From the NCBI GenBank assembly GCA_964106915.2, contig OZ066920.1: a stretch of 64,000 nt of DNA, one strand, 5' to 3'. Below the pieces are notes generated by a model, which was given only the letters and a program-made list of their open reading frames with translations, ran no database searches and was not told the DNA's origin. Within the stretch, counting starts at the first letter, position 1, and every line of letters starts with the position of its first letter. The translations under genes and the position numbers were made by a program. Below are positions 37,216 through 50,750 of this stretch, piece after piece. The stretch comes from Podarcis gaigeae. Lineage: Eukaryota.

Positions 37216-40200
37216 TGGAACTAGAGCAGGTTTCATTCACCGAGTCGCGATTAGAGAAGGATGAGAGTCTTTTGTAAGGTTGCATAGGACGGAGGCCAAG
37301 AAAGGATAGCATCGCAATTCTCCCTTCTTCTTGGGGCTTCATGGAAGTGAGGTGCTGGAAAGAGTGGGGCTGTCCTCCTGAACTACAGCCCCCACTCCCT
37401 GCCTACTCCTAGGGGCCGAGGTCCCTTGCTCCCCCAGTAGGCGACAGTCCCATGGGAAGACCCTGGAAAGCGCCTGCCGGTGGTGCGAGTAAGTGAACTC
37501 GATCAACCCTTAGTACAAGACAGGTTCATACGTTCATGATCTTTCCGAAAACCATACTATGGAGCGCTTGGAAGGAAGGAGATGAATCTCTTGAATCACC
37601 CCCATGAAGTGTTCAGACCTGCTCCAACTAGCCTAAGGGTGTCACACTTTTAGATCTCGCAACGACCTGCTTCAGCGTTCAGCAAACAGTACCTGCGTGC
37701 AATCCTATGCATGTTTACTCAGTGATTAATCTCATTGGCTTTGATTGGGTAAGGGCTTGATTAAGAACCCTTACCCCAAAACGTTGTGGAGTTTTTTTGC
37801 CTTCTGCTCAGGGTTGCAGATGGCTGGCTACTGAACCGGCTAGCGCCTGCTATTTACTCCGAAGCAGACTAATTGACTTTGCATCAGACGTCACTTTGAA
37901 ATGAATAGCTTTGCGCGTTGGCGCTTAGCAGGCCCTCTATTATAAAGTTACGCAGACTTACATTACTTTAAAAGATTCAATCAAAACATTTATTTCCTCA
38001 ATAAATATCTGAACTACAATAACGGTAGTAGTTATAATAGCCCACCAAATATAAGAATTGTTAAGGCTGTAATACTATGCACACTTACTTGAGAGTAAAT
38101 CCCAATTGATCTCACTGGAGTTTACCTTCCAGTAACCATGCGTGTCCAGTTTATTATAACCTTGTGTCCAACTCTTATATAATTGTATCAAATAGACTGA
38201 AGATGCTTGTTTTGGGGTGGGATGTGGCCTTCAGCATCTAAACTGCAATCTTGTGCACACAAACCTGAGGGTAAACGTCATGGGACTCTGTGAAGCTTAC
38301 TTCGAAGTAGATTGTTGGTCATAATCTGGTTTGTCCTGCGAGGCAAAACTCACTTGGCTTCAGGAATTTGTGTCAGATCCACATTTGTGGATTATCTTCT
38401 CCCCACCAGCCGAATTTCGAATTCTAGTGAAAGTCAGCCAGATAGGGGCTGATGTTTTTTCGGAAACAAATCCCGCTGAGATCCTACAAGTCTATAGGAT
38501 TGCTGCCGGTATTGTTTGTATATACCAAATATGGTATGAAACCTACAGAAAGATGGAATGGGTTTCACACACCTAGGAGCTAAAGCATAACTTCGAAGCG
38601 ATCCATTGATTTCCACGAAACATTCTTCCCTATTAACTTGCTTAAAGTCTCCCAGAAAGGCGAAGGCCCCGCGCAGGTGGAAGAGAAAGTGAGGGACAGC
38701 AGAGCCGAAGCTGGATCTAGAACGCAAATGAATGAGTGGATTATTCATTCTGAACTGCATTGTTAATTAAGGCTTCCAACTTAAACATACTTTACCAGAA
38801 ATTAAGCCCCACTGAACGGCTCCTGCATGCGACTCAGTCCACAAATCTGGACTGATGCTGCGGCCACAGACTACATAATATTTCATCGTAATCGTGTGTG
38901 AGGATGCCAACCCTTCAGCGGGCATCTGTACCTGCACTTTTAACAGCAGTTCCGTCTGCAGCAAATTGAGATGAATTCCTCTCACCTCCACGAAAGAGGG
39001 TTGCAGATCAAGCCGCTGTTAGAGGCACAGCAACCAGATCTGATTGCAAAGTTGGCTGCCATTTATATATGAGATTAATTTTGCTCTAAATAATTCTTGT
39101 TCTTTGGGTGCTTGTTTGGCAAGGCCTATTCCCTGCTGGTAGGAGAATTGCTTCCCTTCTGAATTTTAGCTTTTCAAAGATTTGGGGAAAGCAATTAGAA
39201 TGAAAAAGTCAGGACAGACAATCATGGCTTTGAGTGCAAATTAACCCAGCGCCTCCACCTTTAAAAATGGTATCAAATTGCACATGGCCCTTGATTTATT
39301 GTCTCTAGCCTGGGGTTTTTTAATGCATAGCTTACTATGTTTTAATTTTGCACCTGTTTGTTTGGGGGTCTAGAGGTCTTAATGCTGGAATGCAAACTTT
39401 TTATTTTATTTTCGTCTTCTATCATACCAAACTGACAAAGCGAACTGGCAAGAAGTATCAGTGAAATGAAATTGCTTTTTTGGTATTGATAAGGATTAAG
39501 CAATTGGAGGGAGCGAATAGGTATTTTCATTATTTACTTTCTAAAACATATGAATTTCTATGTTTTTATTGCCAATTTTGCTAAAAATAGTAAAAAAAAT
39601 CCTTTAAAAAAATCCTCGTAGCGAGTTCAGTATCATGTAGGCATGTAAAGTATAACTGCTGAAACCAGTTGGCCTTACTTCCGAGTAAGAGTAGGAAGGA
39701 TCAGACTTCAAAGCTAGCTGACCACTTGCTTCAGTGGGATATGAAGGATTCCTAAACCTGGACTGGATAGCAGGGTGCGAACCTACATACACTTCCCAAA
39801 CAGTAAGTCAATGCGGCTTACTTGCAAGTAGACATGGGTAGGCTCGCACTATTGCAATACACTCGTATGCATATCTACTGAGAAGTAAAGGAGAATTAAG
39901 TTCAATTAGACTTACTCTCAGGTATATGCGTATAAAACCAGCTTTACAACGCAGCTCTATTTATCTGTTCAAAAGAAAGGCCGATAATTTAGTCTGCCAA
40001 ATAAGTCTGCTTACACCAGTTGCCATGTACACTAACTCAGGAGTCAGTCTCACTTTGTTCAAGGGCGCGTATCCATTTATTTTACTAATTAGATACATCC
40101 AAATGAATTATTATATTTTCACTACACACGCGCGCGCGCACACACACACATTAGTAGCAAACTGCTCAAGCCCTTCTCAATTGACAGAACAAGAATAAGG

Positions 40201-40399
40201 CTATCAAAAGAAAAATTCTCGCTTCGTTCATATAATAAAATAACAGAGCAAGGAACCATAAATCACCGAACGACATATCTCCCCGTTTAATTTTTACTTT
40301 TTCGAAGGTTAGACGTTGCCGAGGTAGTTAAACTGTGGGGGGAACCCCTTTTCTTTCCGCCCACCCAACCCACAATTATCCGGCTTCCTTCTATGAAGT

Positions 40400-40630
40400 T
40401 TCTAGATTAATATCGGTGGAGCGAAAGGCGAGAGAATTCCCCGCTTGAACGGCAGGATTAGAAATATTTCTAGAAGAAAGAAGAGGGTGTGAATTGACTT
40501 TAGCCTGCAATCGTCTAAAGCGGAATTACAGCTTGTAAAATAGGTCTCCATCAGTCTCCCGGGAGACGGGCTCAGTTCGACTTGGGTGTTCCAGCTCCTT
40601 CTTACCCCTCGCAATAATTAGCTCCATCTC
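40400..40630. promoter_or_regulatory. Candidate FOXA2 floor-plate (Shh-responsive) enhancer with a Gli site
   Basis: Minus-strand GGAACACCCAAGT at 40580-40592, core GAACACCCA at 40583-40591. Flanked by TAATTA (40615-40620) and GGATTA (40455-40460), in non-repetitive DNA 3' of the gene. Confidence 0.7.
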
Positions 40631-43600
40631 GGTCCCAAGCGTGTGTCTTCCCCACCCCCACACCAGTGTTTCCTTATCCCCAATAAATGTTGTTGCTGTT
40701 TTGCCCGGCCCCCAAGTCCAAGAAACTTCTGGGGCACCCAAGGGACTTGCCCTGTTTACGAAAGGGTGGCGGCAAAAGATGCAAGATGCGAAAAGGAAGA
40801 AGGTTTTGGGTGCCCAACTCAGAGCTTGCGGCCGCCCTTGGGGGCTGGTGGGTTTGCCTTTAAGAAAGGAGAGAAGGGAGGGGGCGAAAGTGAGGAGTGT
40901 GACTTTCTTATCAAAGTGCGGGAAATGTCATTTTCTTTGTGCTTTGATGTCTGGTTGTCTTTCAGCCCATCCTTGCATGTCATTACCAGACTCCCAACAG
41001 AGAAAGAGGTGTGGGGCTTTTTTTGGTTTGGTTTTGTTTTGATGGGAAGTAAAGAAAAGAGTTGGTGGGGGGAGGAGAAGACGAGGATAAAATAGGGATG
41101 CACAATTAGATGATTTCTGCCCTTCTATTACAGCGGTGAATGGCAGAATTCTTGACAGAGTAGCGAACCGGCGGGTCTATTCTTAACTGGTTGAGTTAAC
41201 ATATACGGGTGTAAAGCGCCAGGGGCGGGCGGGCGGGCGGGCGGGTGAGGTTTCTTGTTATTTCCCCCCTCAGGTCTTTTTCCTTTAGAGAAAGTCGAGT
41301 TCTGAAGCAATTTCATCCGTTAAAAAAAGGAAAGGAAAGGGGAAATAGTCTGTTAGATCAATATTGAAGCAATGTTGCATGAAACCAAGTCAGGATTAGT
41401 CCAGGGAGCCACGTTGTTTCTGTGGGTCCAATTCAGCCACCCCAAATCCCAAAATATTGCTAGTCTCGCAGATTTCCAAAGAACTAAATCCCCTCCAGTT
41501 GGGTGCAAGTTTACCCGATCAAAACCGTGATGAATTTCAGTTCAGATCAGTGGAGCTGACTCCTCAGTTAGGACACTTGCTTGGGAGTAAACTCGGTTGA
41601 GCATAGAGGAGTCTACGTCTGCGTAAGCATGCATAGTATGGGGCTGCAAAGCTGCAGTCCTTCTTCACCCACTAACCTGCGACTATTGACCTCAAGAGGC
41701 ATTGCATTTTTGAGTCCATATGCTTACCTGGGGCTAAGCCCAATTCCACGGGGTTTCCTCCTGAGTAAACACGCATCAGTAGAGGCTGCGTGTCAGTTCG
41801 ACTTCTCTTTCCAGAAAAGGTTTTAAATGTTCGAGACTGCAAAGCTGCCTAGCTAATCCCCTGACAGCCGAGCTTTCTGTATACATGGCATTAAAACACA
41901 TTGAGGCAGCGCAGCCGCAACGCTCTTTTCTCCTTCAGGATTAATAGGTGTTCTGGACACTTGGACTTAGGGTGAGATGTGTTGAAAAGGAAATAAGACT
42001 CATAAACCTCTATGAAAGTTTGAATCGCTGGATAATGAAGAGAACAGGACTCCTGCACCTTCAGTTGCTCCACAGAAAAGGGAAATTTACTAACTATAGG
42101 TTGCATGATAAACCATAGCAGCTGAAATGTCCTCTCTCATGCAGCAATTAAAGGGCACGAGCGCTGCCTTCTTGGTTCACCTGACCATTCTTATTACTAG
42201 GGAAGTGCATCCCACTGAAATCCATCTAACTTGCCTCGAAAAAACTGCGTTTCCCATCTGGGGTGCGTCTTTTGTGATTCAGGGAACTCCTTCTTTGCCA
42301 AAATCTTCCGCCACCTTACGGTGCCGCGCCGGGTCCTCAAAAGGAGATTCCTAGGGGTGTGTGTGCTGTGGGGGTTTGGGGTTACCCTGAACTGTTCATC
42401 GAGGAAAGTCTCCAGGCAGTTAAAGAGGGTCAAACGCTGCTTACACTTGTGCCACCTAAACAGAGAAGAGCAGGAGGCCGAGGGGCATCGGCCGGGAGAT
42501 GGACAAGGAGGGGAGTCCTGAGGACGGAATGGACTAAACTGCCCTAAGGAGGGAGGCGGTAGCTTTCCGCTTTATAGACAATGCTGGACACGGTTGCCAT
42601 AGCGGCGGCCAGGACGCCTCAGCGTATGGATGCTTCTTAACGCAGCAACAAGGGCGCAGGGGGGCACCGAGGAGGAGCGGGGCCGGGGACGCAGAGGGGA
42701 GTCGGGGGGCCTCGTCCTCCTATCCCATCTACGGTTAGCTAGACGAAAAAAGGCGCAGCGCGCTTTCTGGGTCTTGGTTGATCCACGTCGCCTTTGCAAC
42801 TAAGCGCCCTCCGCCTCTGGAATGCAGCGTCGGATTGTTCCTTTGGTGGATGGAATGGAAACGTTTCTTTACAATCAGCCTAGACGTTCCCACCCCCTTC
42901 CTTGTTCTACCCCCCTTGCAAAATGCTGCCTTGCGAGCTCTTAACCCTCATTGTATGTCTTCTGTGCCTGTCTTGCCCCTCCTAGGCGCGCCTCGCGCCT
43001 CTCGCCTCTAAATTTAGGACAGGGTTCAACTAAAGATAGGCTCCCGGATCCATCTTCTACCACAGCAGGAGATATTTGAGAGATCTGGTTCTCTTTGGCT
43101 TGAATGGGGCAGAGGCGCAGCATCCGGTACTTGTAGGCCCCCTGGCTATCTCCGCCGCCCCCCACCAAAAATGCTCTAAACTGACCTCTTGAAGCCTCCG
43201 TGCTTACAAGTGCTTACCTTTGGCTTGGAAGTAAAATTGGGGGGAGGGGAATGAAATTTAGATGGTAAACTCCTTGGGGCGGGGACCTAATCCCCTTTGC
43301 TTATGTGACTCTCGGCTATGTGACTCTTGGTCGCCATCACATTATGGCGTAAGGGTTAAAAGGACGTGAGGGGGGGTGCCGAACCACAGTTTGCTTTAGT
43401 TCCCTCCAGAACTAGAGGGGATTTCTAAAATGAATAGCTCTGTGGTGTCTTCTGCCTTGACAGCTCTGCCTACTCCACCTCACGCGCCAATCCTCGGTAT
43501 GCTAGATGCTGGTTGTGATTATTCAGTTCCTAGAAAAAACAGCACTCTGAACATACCCAGAAGTGATGTGAGCATGTTCCAGAGCGGAGCCGTGAGACTG

Positions 43601-46219
43601 GGCCCAAATTCAATAATTCGCTGAATTGTCCGAATTCCATTTTATTAATAATCATTAAAAAGGCCGGTGGGGGGATGTTGCCAGCCCTGCTGCTGTGCGT
43701 TTAAACTGCAGCCTGGCGCAGTGAATTTTAGCGAAGTTTCTTGGTCTGGCTGCACAGGAGCAGTAAAAGAAAATGTTGGCAATCTTGCTTCGAAGGGGAG
43801 ATTGGTTTCTGCCTAGACGAAGTATGTTTACTATTTATGCACTCATTTTCCTTTTTAAAAAAATCTGGCCAAAAGAAAGATAAGGATCGGAAACACAAAA
43901 TTGCCCTTTTGGCAGATTAAATCTATTTCCAAGCGTCGGCTCCTGGCGCTTTCTGCAAGCCTCTCGCCCGACTCTGAAGAAGCTGCACCTTGCCTGCCTG
44001 ACCGCCTATCCCAGACACTGAGCGCCTCTTCCAGCTGAGATCAGGCTGCCTGAGCTTCGTGGAGACGAGGCTGGAGGTGATTTTCTTCCCTCAGCCCTCT
44101 ATCGAAAGACCCGAAGGGAAGGACGTGGATAGACACTCATTTAATGACAAGTAATTGACAAATCCGAGAGGCCGCATTACGAGTGGTCTAGGGGAGTATT
44201 AATTATTGAAAAACCATTAGCCTCTGTGTGTGTCCTGCAGAGATCCCATCTTGTTCGGGAAATATAAGCTGTCACGTCAGTTTAGATGGAGGGGAAATCA
44301 GATGAGGAACTCCTCCCCCTCCCTCTCTCCGCCGCAAGCCCCACCCGGAGGGAAACCGAGACGGCAGCGCCAGCGCACAGGCTTCCCACCGAGGAGACCT
44401 CTCGCTTTCTTTCCCGAAGTAACTCCTCTGGCTCTGCTCGCCTTTCCCCCGACGCTGCCTTGGATGGCGTTAAAGAGGGAGGGGGAAAGGCCTTGCAAGA
44501 GAAGGTCACCGAGGCAAGGAGAGTCAAATCCACGGAGGAGATATGGCGTGTCGCTCCACTTTTTCCTAAAATGCCGCCCCCCCCCCCAAATAGAGATTAC
44601 GATACAGAAAACAGCTTATCCCCTCTATATCTGATGTTCTGAGGGGCAGAGATTGGTCGACCAATTTAAAAGCTACTGAAAGACGTGGGTCCTAGCTGAG
44701 GTTTTGGGAGAACATTACGACTTCACTTCAGTTTTGTATCTGTAAAATGGGGGGAGGGGTCTTTAATAAAGATATATGATAAATGGGCAAAGGGAGCAAA
44801 AGCCGAAGTTAATCTCCTTCAAGTCAACGTTGCCTGAATATGCTTGGCTGGGCTGGACTGAATCTCGCCCTTGTTGCCCGAGCTTTCCCCCGTGCTCAAA
44901 GCTCTTTACCACTCATCTCTCCGTTACTACACAACGTGCGACCTTCGGGTGGTGTTGTGGGGCAGAAATAATTCCAAAGCACTTTTCACACACGCACACA
45001 AATTGAAAAATGCACATTTAACTCTCTTTTTTAACCAGAGCTACTTCGCAAAGTGGTGTAGAAAATTTGGAAATGCAACCGCCCTGCCCAGGGATCATGG
45101 CGGCTTCGCGCCAAAGGTTCGCTTCTCTGTACTGTATAAGAAAGAACACGATCCAGCGGGAAGTTCTGAGCAAGCCGAATCGGAATGAATGAGAAATGGG
45201 CAAAGGTAGCGCAGACAGGAGGACTTCTCGGTGCGCAGCTGAGAGTCACAGTGCATTGCAGACTACGCATTGCCCCAAAGGCCCACGTGTCCAGGGGTTG
45301 CGACCTCAGGCTTCCGCAGCCACACAACTGTCCCATGAGCCGCCTCCATCCCGTTCAAGTCCTTTGCAGTCTTGGGAATTTCGGCTTAAAAAACCCAATT
45401 TTTAAGAAGTTTTGTAACTCTTTTCAAGCCATTTCCCTGCAGTGTGATCCTATGCCGGCTTACTTGGAAGAAAGTCCAAATGTCCTCATCTGGGCTCACT
45501 CCCAGGTAAGCCTGCACAGCGTGGCGTCCTGCTGCTTCTGAAGCATCAAGGAAGGGAGGAAGGAAGGAGTCGGCGGAGGGCGGGTGGCTGGCGCAGAAGC
45601 CGAGAAGAAGAGCACAGCTGTTAAGACCCGCCAGCTGCTCCGAACGTCAACAAGGTCGATTCCAAAAAAGGGAGAGGCGAGGCGGGTAAAAAAGCTCGCA
45701 TCTCCCAAGCAAAAGAAAAACCTGCTGGATCAGGCCCAACGGCCCGCCAGAAAGCCCACTGAGCTCAGTGGCACTTGCTTCCGAGTAAGCCTGCATACTC
45801 ATGCTGCATGATAAGCCAGCACCTCTCTCTCATCCACTTTTTCTGTTCCGCACCCACTTCTTCCCACAACTCCAGCCAGTAAAACTTAAAGAGCCCAGGA
45901 GGCCGCTTGAGAATCAGCTCGCCAGGACCTTTAGGGGACGATCCCGGCTTCCCGATAACTATGGGGCAGCCCCCAGCTCACATTCCTCCGCTGGGGAGGA
46001 AGGTTTCTCGTAGCCACGGGGAACCTAACGAACATTTTTAATCTGCGGTTCTGGGGTCGGGGGAGATGACCCCTCCCCCCCTCCTCTAGGCCTGATTCTG
46101 ACCGGGGATCAGCAGCAGGTAGGAATCAGGCAAGACTCTCAGCTGCTTCTCCCGCCCGCTGCCAGCAGCGCAAAACAACAACGACGCGCACCAGCACCAC
46201 CAAACTTAAAAGTCCCTAC

Positions 46220-46435
46220 CTGATGCCCTGGAGCTGCCGGTGGCAGAAGCGACGGCGACGAGCCCAGACGCCCCGCTGACTGCAGCTCGGCGGCAAGGCA
46301 TCGCGGCATTTATTGGAGCGACTGTTGACTTTAGCACAAAGCAAAGATTTCACTGCCCGCTAGTTTAAAAATGAATATTTTACCAAGATATCGATCAGCG
46401 TTATAAAATTCAGTTAAGCACAATGGCTCGAAAGG
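46220..46435 (-). ncRNA. Candidate promoter and first exon of a LINC00261/DEANR1-like lncRNA downstream of FOXA2
   Basis: A unique AT-rich block inside a CpG island, with FOXA TGTTGACTTT (46323-46332), ONECUT ATCGAT (46390-46395) and TATA-like motifs, followed by a minus-strand donor CAG|GTAGGG at 46220/46219. Position and orientation match the mammalian lncRNA. No transcript evidence is available here. Confidence 0.45.
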
Positions 46436-47307
46436 AGCAGAGAAAACACACGCACACGCATGCACGCACACGTACACACAGGCAGCAGCATTCCTAATAT
46501 CTGTGTAAATTTGCTGAAGAATGACGTGCTGCGTGAAGTATACCTCCTGGAATTTGGCGTTAAATATTTATTTATTTTGTTGTTGTTGTTGTTAGTTTAC
46601 TGGTTTTGCCTATTCGCAGATGGCGGGGACTTAAATCACCAGCGGTTCAAAAAAATAACGGAAGGTGGGGTTGAATGAGGAAGGCAGACCGTGTGGTCCT
46701 TTGCAAAGCGACCCGGATCGAACGCGTGAAGAGGAAGTGAAGAGACCCCGACTCTAAAGGACATCTACACGCGCGCACACATTCCTCCCTCTCTCTTTTG
46801 CTTTTTGAAAAGGTCTTTTGGCAGAGGTATACATCTTATCGCTCGGGATCAACGGAGTGGGAGACAACTAAGTAGTTTAAAACGACCGCAGGCGCGATGG
46901 GACCGGCCAGGTTAGAGCATCACATTCGCGTCCCATTGTCCGCGCAATCGCTGCCATTCCAGGCCTCCATTCTTCTGCGCGACGGGAGCCTTTTATGTGG
47001 TAATGAACACACATTTTCCGCTTTGCTTCACAACGTGTGTGTCCTCGCGGGACACAGGCGGGCGGCGGGGAAGCGCGGCCGAATGGGGCCTCTCCACCCA
47101 CAGGCCTGTTTTTTAAAAGGTGCCTTTTGGGGGCCCCCAGTCTTCCCGAAAAAACAATGAGGGGGGATTTGAGAGGGATTCGCAAGTTTAGATCACTTCT
47201 TAAATCTATTAAAGTTGTGCGGGGGGTGGGGGTGGGCGAGGAGTGGACAGACTGTTGTCCGGAGCGAAAGCAATTGATATTTTATTTAAATAAATACATA
47301 TGTCTTC

Positions 47308-47377
47308 AAATAAACAAACAAACAAATAAATAAATAAATAAATAAATAATAACTAACTAACTAACCAACCAAATAAA
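47308..47377. repeat. Compound (AAAC)/(AAAT)/(AACT)n repeat
   Basis: Seen directly. Confidence 0.9.
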
Positions 47378-48299
47378 GCTGCTTCGACGATGCAGCCTGA
47401 ATTAATAAAATTAGAATGTGGGGAAAAGGTTGGCCGACGGGCCAGCTTTCTATGCCCTAGAGAAAAATATTGACGATCACATTTTAATTTATTTTTGGAT
47501 TTCAAAAAGCAATCGCGTCGCCTCCTGCAGATGGAATCTGAGGCCTGAAGAGGGAAGAGTCGAGAGAGGTGTGATCACTAAGGTGCAGATGACCAAAGTT
47601 TTGATATGATATGACGGATAGACAGGCAAATATTAGGGCAGAAGAGAAATTTACTAGTAGTCTTCAGTCTGAAGGTTCCCTTCATTCCTTTCATGGTAAA
47701 AGAGCATTAACCAGGTTGTTGGAGTAAATGTAAGAAAAAAAAGTTTATTTCTCACATTTCAGGCTAAGCCTTCTACAGCCCTAAGACATTCTGCTGAATA
47801 TCAGGATTCACCATATTTCTAACAGTTACCTTAAATGTACCCGCATCTATAGATCAATATCTATAAATTTGGGCAAACAACTACACAGGTGGAAATACAA
47901 AACTTCACAAACTAGCATCCAGGTAAGAGTGGCACTTTCCTGACAAGGTATGGCTTGCTGCAGCCATCCAGGTGGGCCTGGAGCACCGAGAAGGCTACAT
48001 TTATGAGAGCCGGGTGAGGTTTTATGGGCCGGTTTTTGTTTTGTTTAAATGCAACTGTGTTACAGTATTTCTCAAGTTTGGGTTCATGGTGTCAAGTCAT
48101 TTACACCTGCTTTGCATTTAGTCAAAAATTCCAGCAGTAAAACTGAAGCACTCAAATGTCAAATCTTCCCCAAAACAGGGAACCTGTGCACCAACTGGGC
48201 TAAGCCACTGAAGGTCTGCCAAATTCCCCTTTACAGTCAGCTTTCCTGCAGAGTTACTTAGAAGAAGTTGGTCATCACCTCACTGGAAATAATTTGTTC

Positions 48300-48465
48300 A
48301 ACCAGGCCTTGGGCTGATTAACACTCTATGGTTTTTTAAAATGTGTTTGTGGGAGGGGGTGCTTATTTGTTCTTGTTTGTTTTATTGTGTATTTTGTATT
48401 TTCATGTTGTGAACTGCCCTGTGATCTTTGGAAGCAGAGGAGTATATAAATTTGATTAATGATGA
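48300..48465 (+). mobile_element. L2 LINE 3' end fragment
   Basis: Reverse complement of the 25985-26180 family (gtgaactgccctgtgatc...tataaattt). Confidence 0.65.
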
Positions 48466-50750
48466 GGATGATGTCAATTAAAACAAGTAGGGGCATACTC
48501 CCCAGAAAGTTTACTGGCAGATATATGTATATTGTTCTGTCTGCACTGGAAGGTGAAAACAAACAACTATTACAGGTTATTATTTGTCTATTTATGCCAG
48601 GGTGGCTCATAATAATTTTGGGAGGTTAGGGCAAATGAAAATTTGACTCCACACAAGTTAAAAAGTGATGGCGGTGGAAATCTGTAAATTACTTGATTCT
48701 GTATGTTGGAGATGTACACTAGAACAACCTGGATCCATGTGGTGCTGTCACATTTGGTGGTACTGCAAAAGTGTGAGCAGGCTTTGGATTGGAGTAAAAC
48801 CAGTGGGACTTACTCCCAATGGCATTTTCTAAAGAGGGTCATAATCCTCCACAGGCTAAGAGCAGACTTTATGTATAGTCGACTTGAAGACTATGGAAGA
48901 CTACTGGAACACCAGCCGCTGGCGTGTCTCGACTGGCACCATAGAGGTACATTTCCAGGGGTTAGGAAAGTTAAATCTGTGGTGTTTGATTTGCAGAGGT
49001 TCGCAAATATGAAGGGGTCCTCCCCACTTTCTGAAGAAGAAGACGATTATTTCCAAAAGGCGATCTTATTAAATTCCGTGAGAATTACTTCCAAGTAGAG
49101 ATGTAGCTTCCAAGCCCTGAGAAAGAGATGCTTTTTCTGAAATAGTTCTATGCACCAAGTTTGCTACTGTTCGTTCTCTCGTGTGCGCCACACATCACTG
49201 TCTCCTCCGACGCCCACACATTTGTCAGGGAAGGATTTCACCTGCAAGTGAGTGTTGTATATGAAACAACCTTTAGCGAGAACGCAATCGGATACTGATC
49301 TTTCAGAATGCACTCCGGAGGAAGCTGGAAGGATGCTATAGAGCTCTCATTTGCTTCCCATCCATTTATTCGTGCAGCAAATGACCCCCTGCGAAATGAG
49401 TTTCCGGATCCTAAACATATCCAGTTTAAAAGCCACATGTTCTGTTTATACATCCCACTTTAACCAACCACCTTTAGACTCCCAGCCCTATAATTACCGG
49501 TACCTACCTGGAAGACCCATTGAACTCAGTGGGATTTGACATATGTAGGATTGGAATGCAAACGTTCAGCAGAACTGCATTGTGCGAAGCGCTCTCTTTA
49601 ATGAATTTACGCGGCGCCCTAAGCTTAATTACTCGGAGGACGACTCATTTCCGTTAAAAACTGAAATTCTATGCATGTTTCTTCTGATGGCGTTCAGACT
49701 ACCGGTAACTTCTGAACAAACATGCAAAGGGCAGGATGGGCTACAATCCTAGCAAGACTTTCTGGTAAGTCCCAATGAACTCCACGAATGGGGTCGGGCT
49801 GCTCTGTGGGAAGGGGATAAACGTTGCCAATTGTGTATTAAAATAGCACCTTGTCCTAAATCGTATTTATTCACGTGAAGAACGTTTCACCAAATTCAGG
49901 AGAGGGGTTCTTCTTTCTCTCTCTCTTAAAATAAGTTTGCAACTCTAAAGACTGCAGGGACCAAGGCTTCAAAAACTCACATACTGATCTGGGAGCAAGT
50001 CCCACTGATTTAAAGGACACTTATTTGTAGAAGATGATATTTAGTGGCGCTCTCTTTGAGTAACTGTGCTTAGAACCTTTGTTCATCTGAGCTCCAGTCA
50101 GGGAGCATTGGAAGAAGATCTCAACTGGATTCACGCAAGCGCTTGCCTGAATGCATGTAATGGAATCTTTGAGGTGGTAAGAAAGAGTTGCTGTGGTCCG
50201 AGTGGAGGCCACAGTCCGCACATGCAAGTCGTCACATGATGAACGGAATCAAAGCCAATCCTTCACTTCTAAATAGACGTCTGAGTAAAGGTTTCCGTAC
50301 GCTCTGTGCATCCATCCATTAGGCTGCCCTATTTTGCATTTTCCTCCTTTTGTTCGCGCTCCAAGTGAAATGTCTCAGAACATCAGTCTCGCGCCCTACA
50401 GATGTGGCAGAGGCAGAGCACAGTGGCTAGCAAAAAAGAAAAAGAAACAAAAACCCCCTCAACCAATACGTGTTTATTCGGTAGCGAATTGCCTGACATT
50501 CAGTGGACCTTACTCCCCGGTAAGTACTCATATCCGAGCAGCCTGAGGTAGGGATGAGGACCTCCCCTCTTATTTCTGCCCTGAATTCCTTAAGTGGCAA
50601 CTTGTGATGTTAGGATAATACTGACCTAGCTTGCCAAGCTGGTGTGAGGATTACAAGACAGAGTATTATGTGAACTGCTTTAGAAACTCTAAAGTTCTGC
50701 TAGAGGACTGGGGTTAAACTATTGAGTTATGCGCCACCGGCGGTTTCTGC

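Noticed and set aside
50728-50746. CTCF-like motif (also ~43405 and ~56235)
   Set aside because: Each has several mismatches to the core and cannot be supported without PWM scoring or ChIP.
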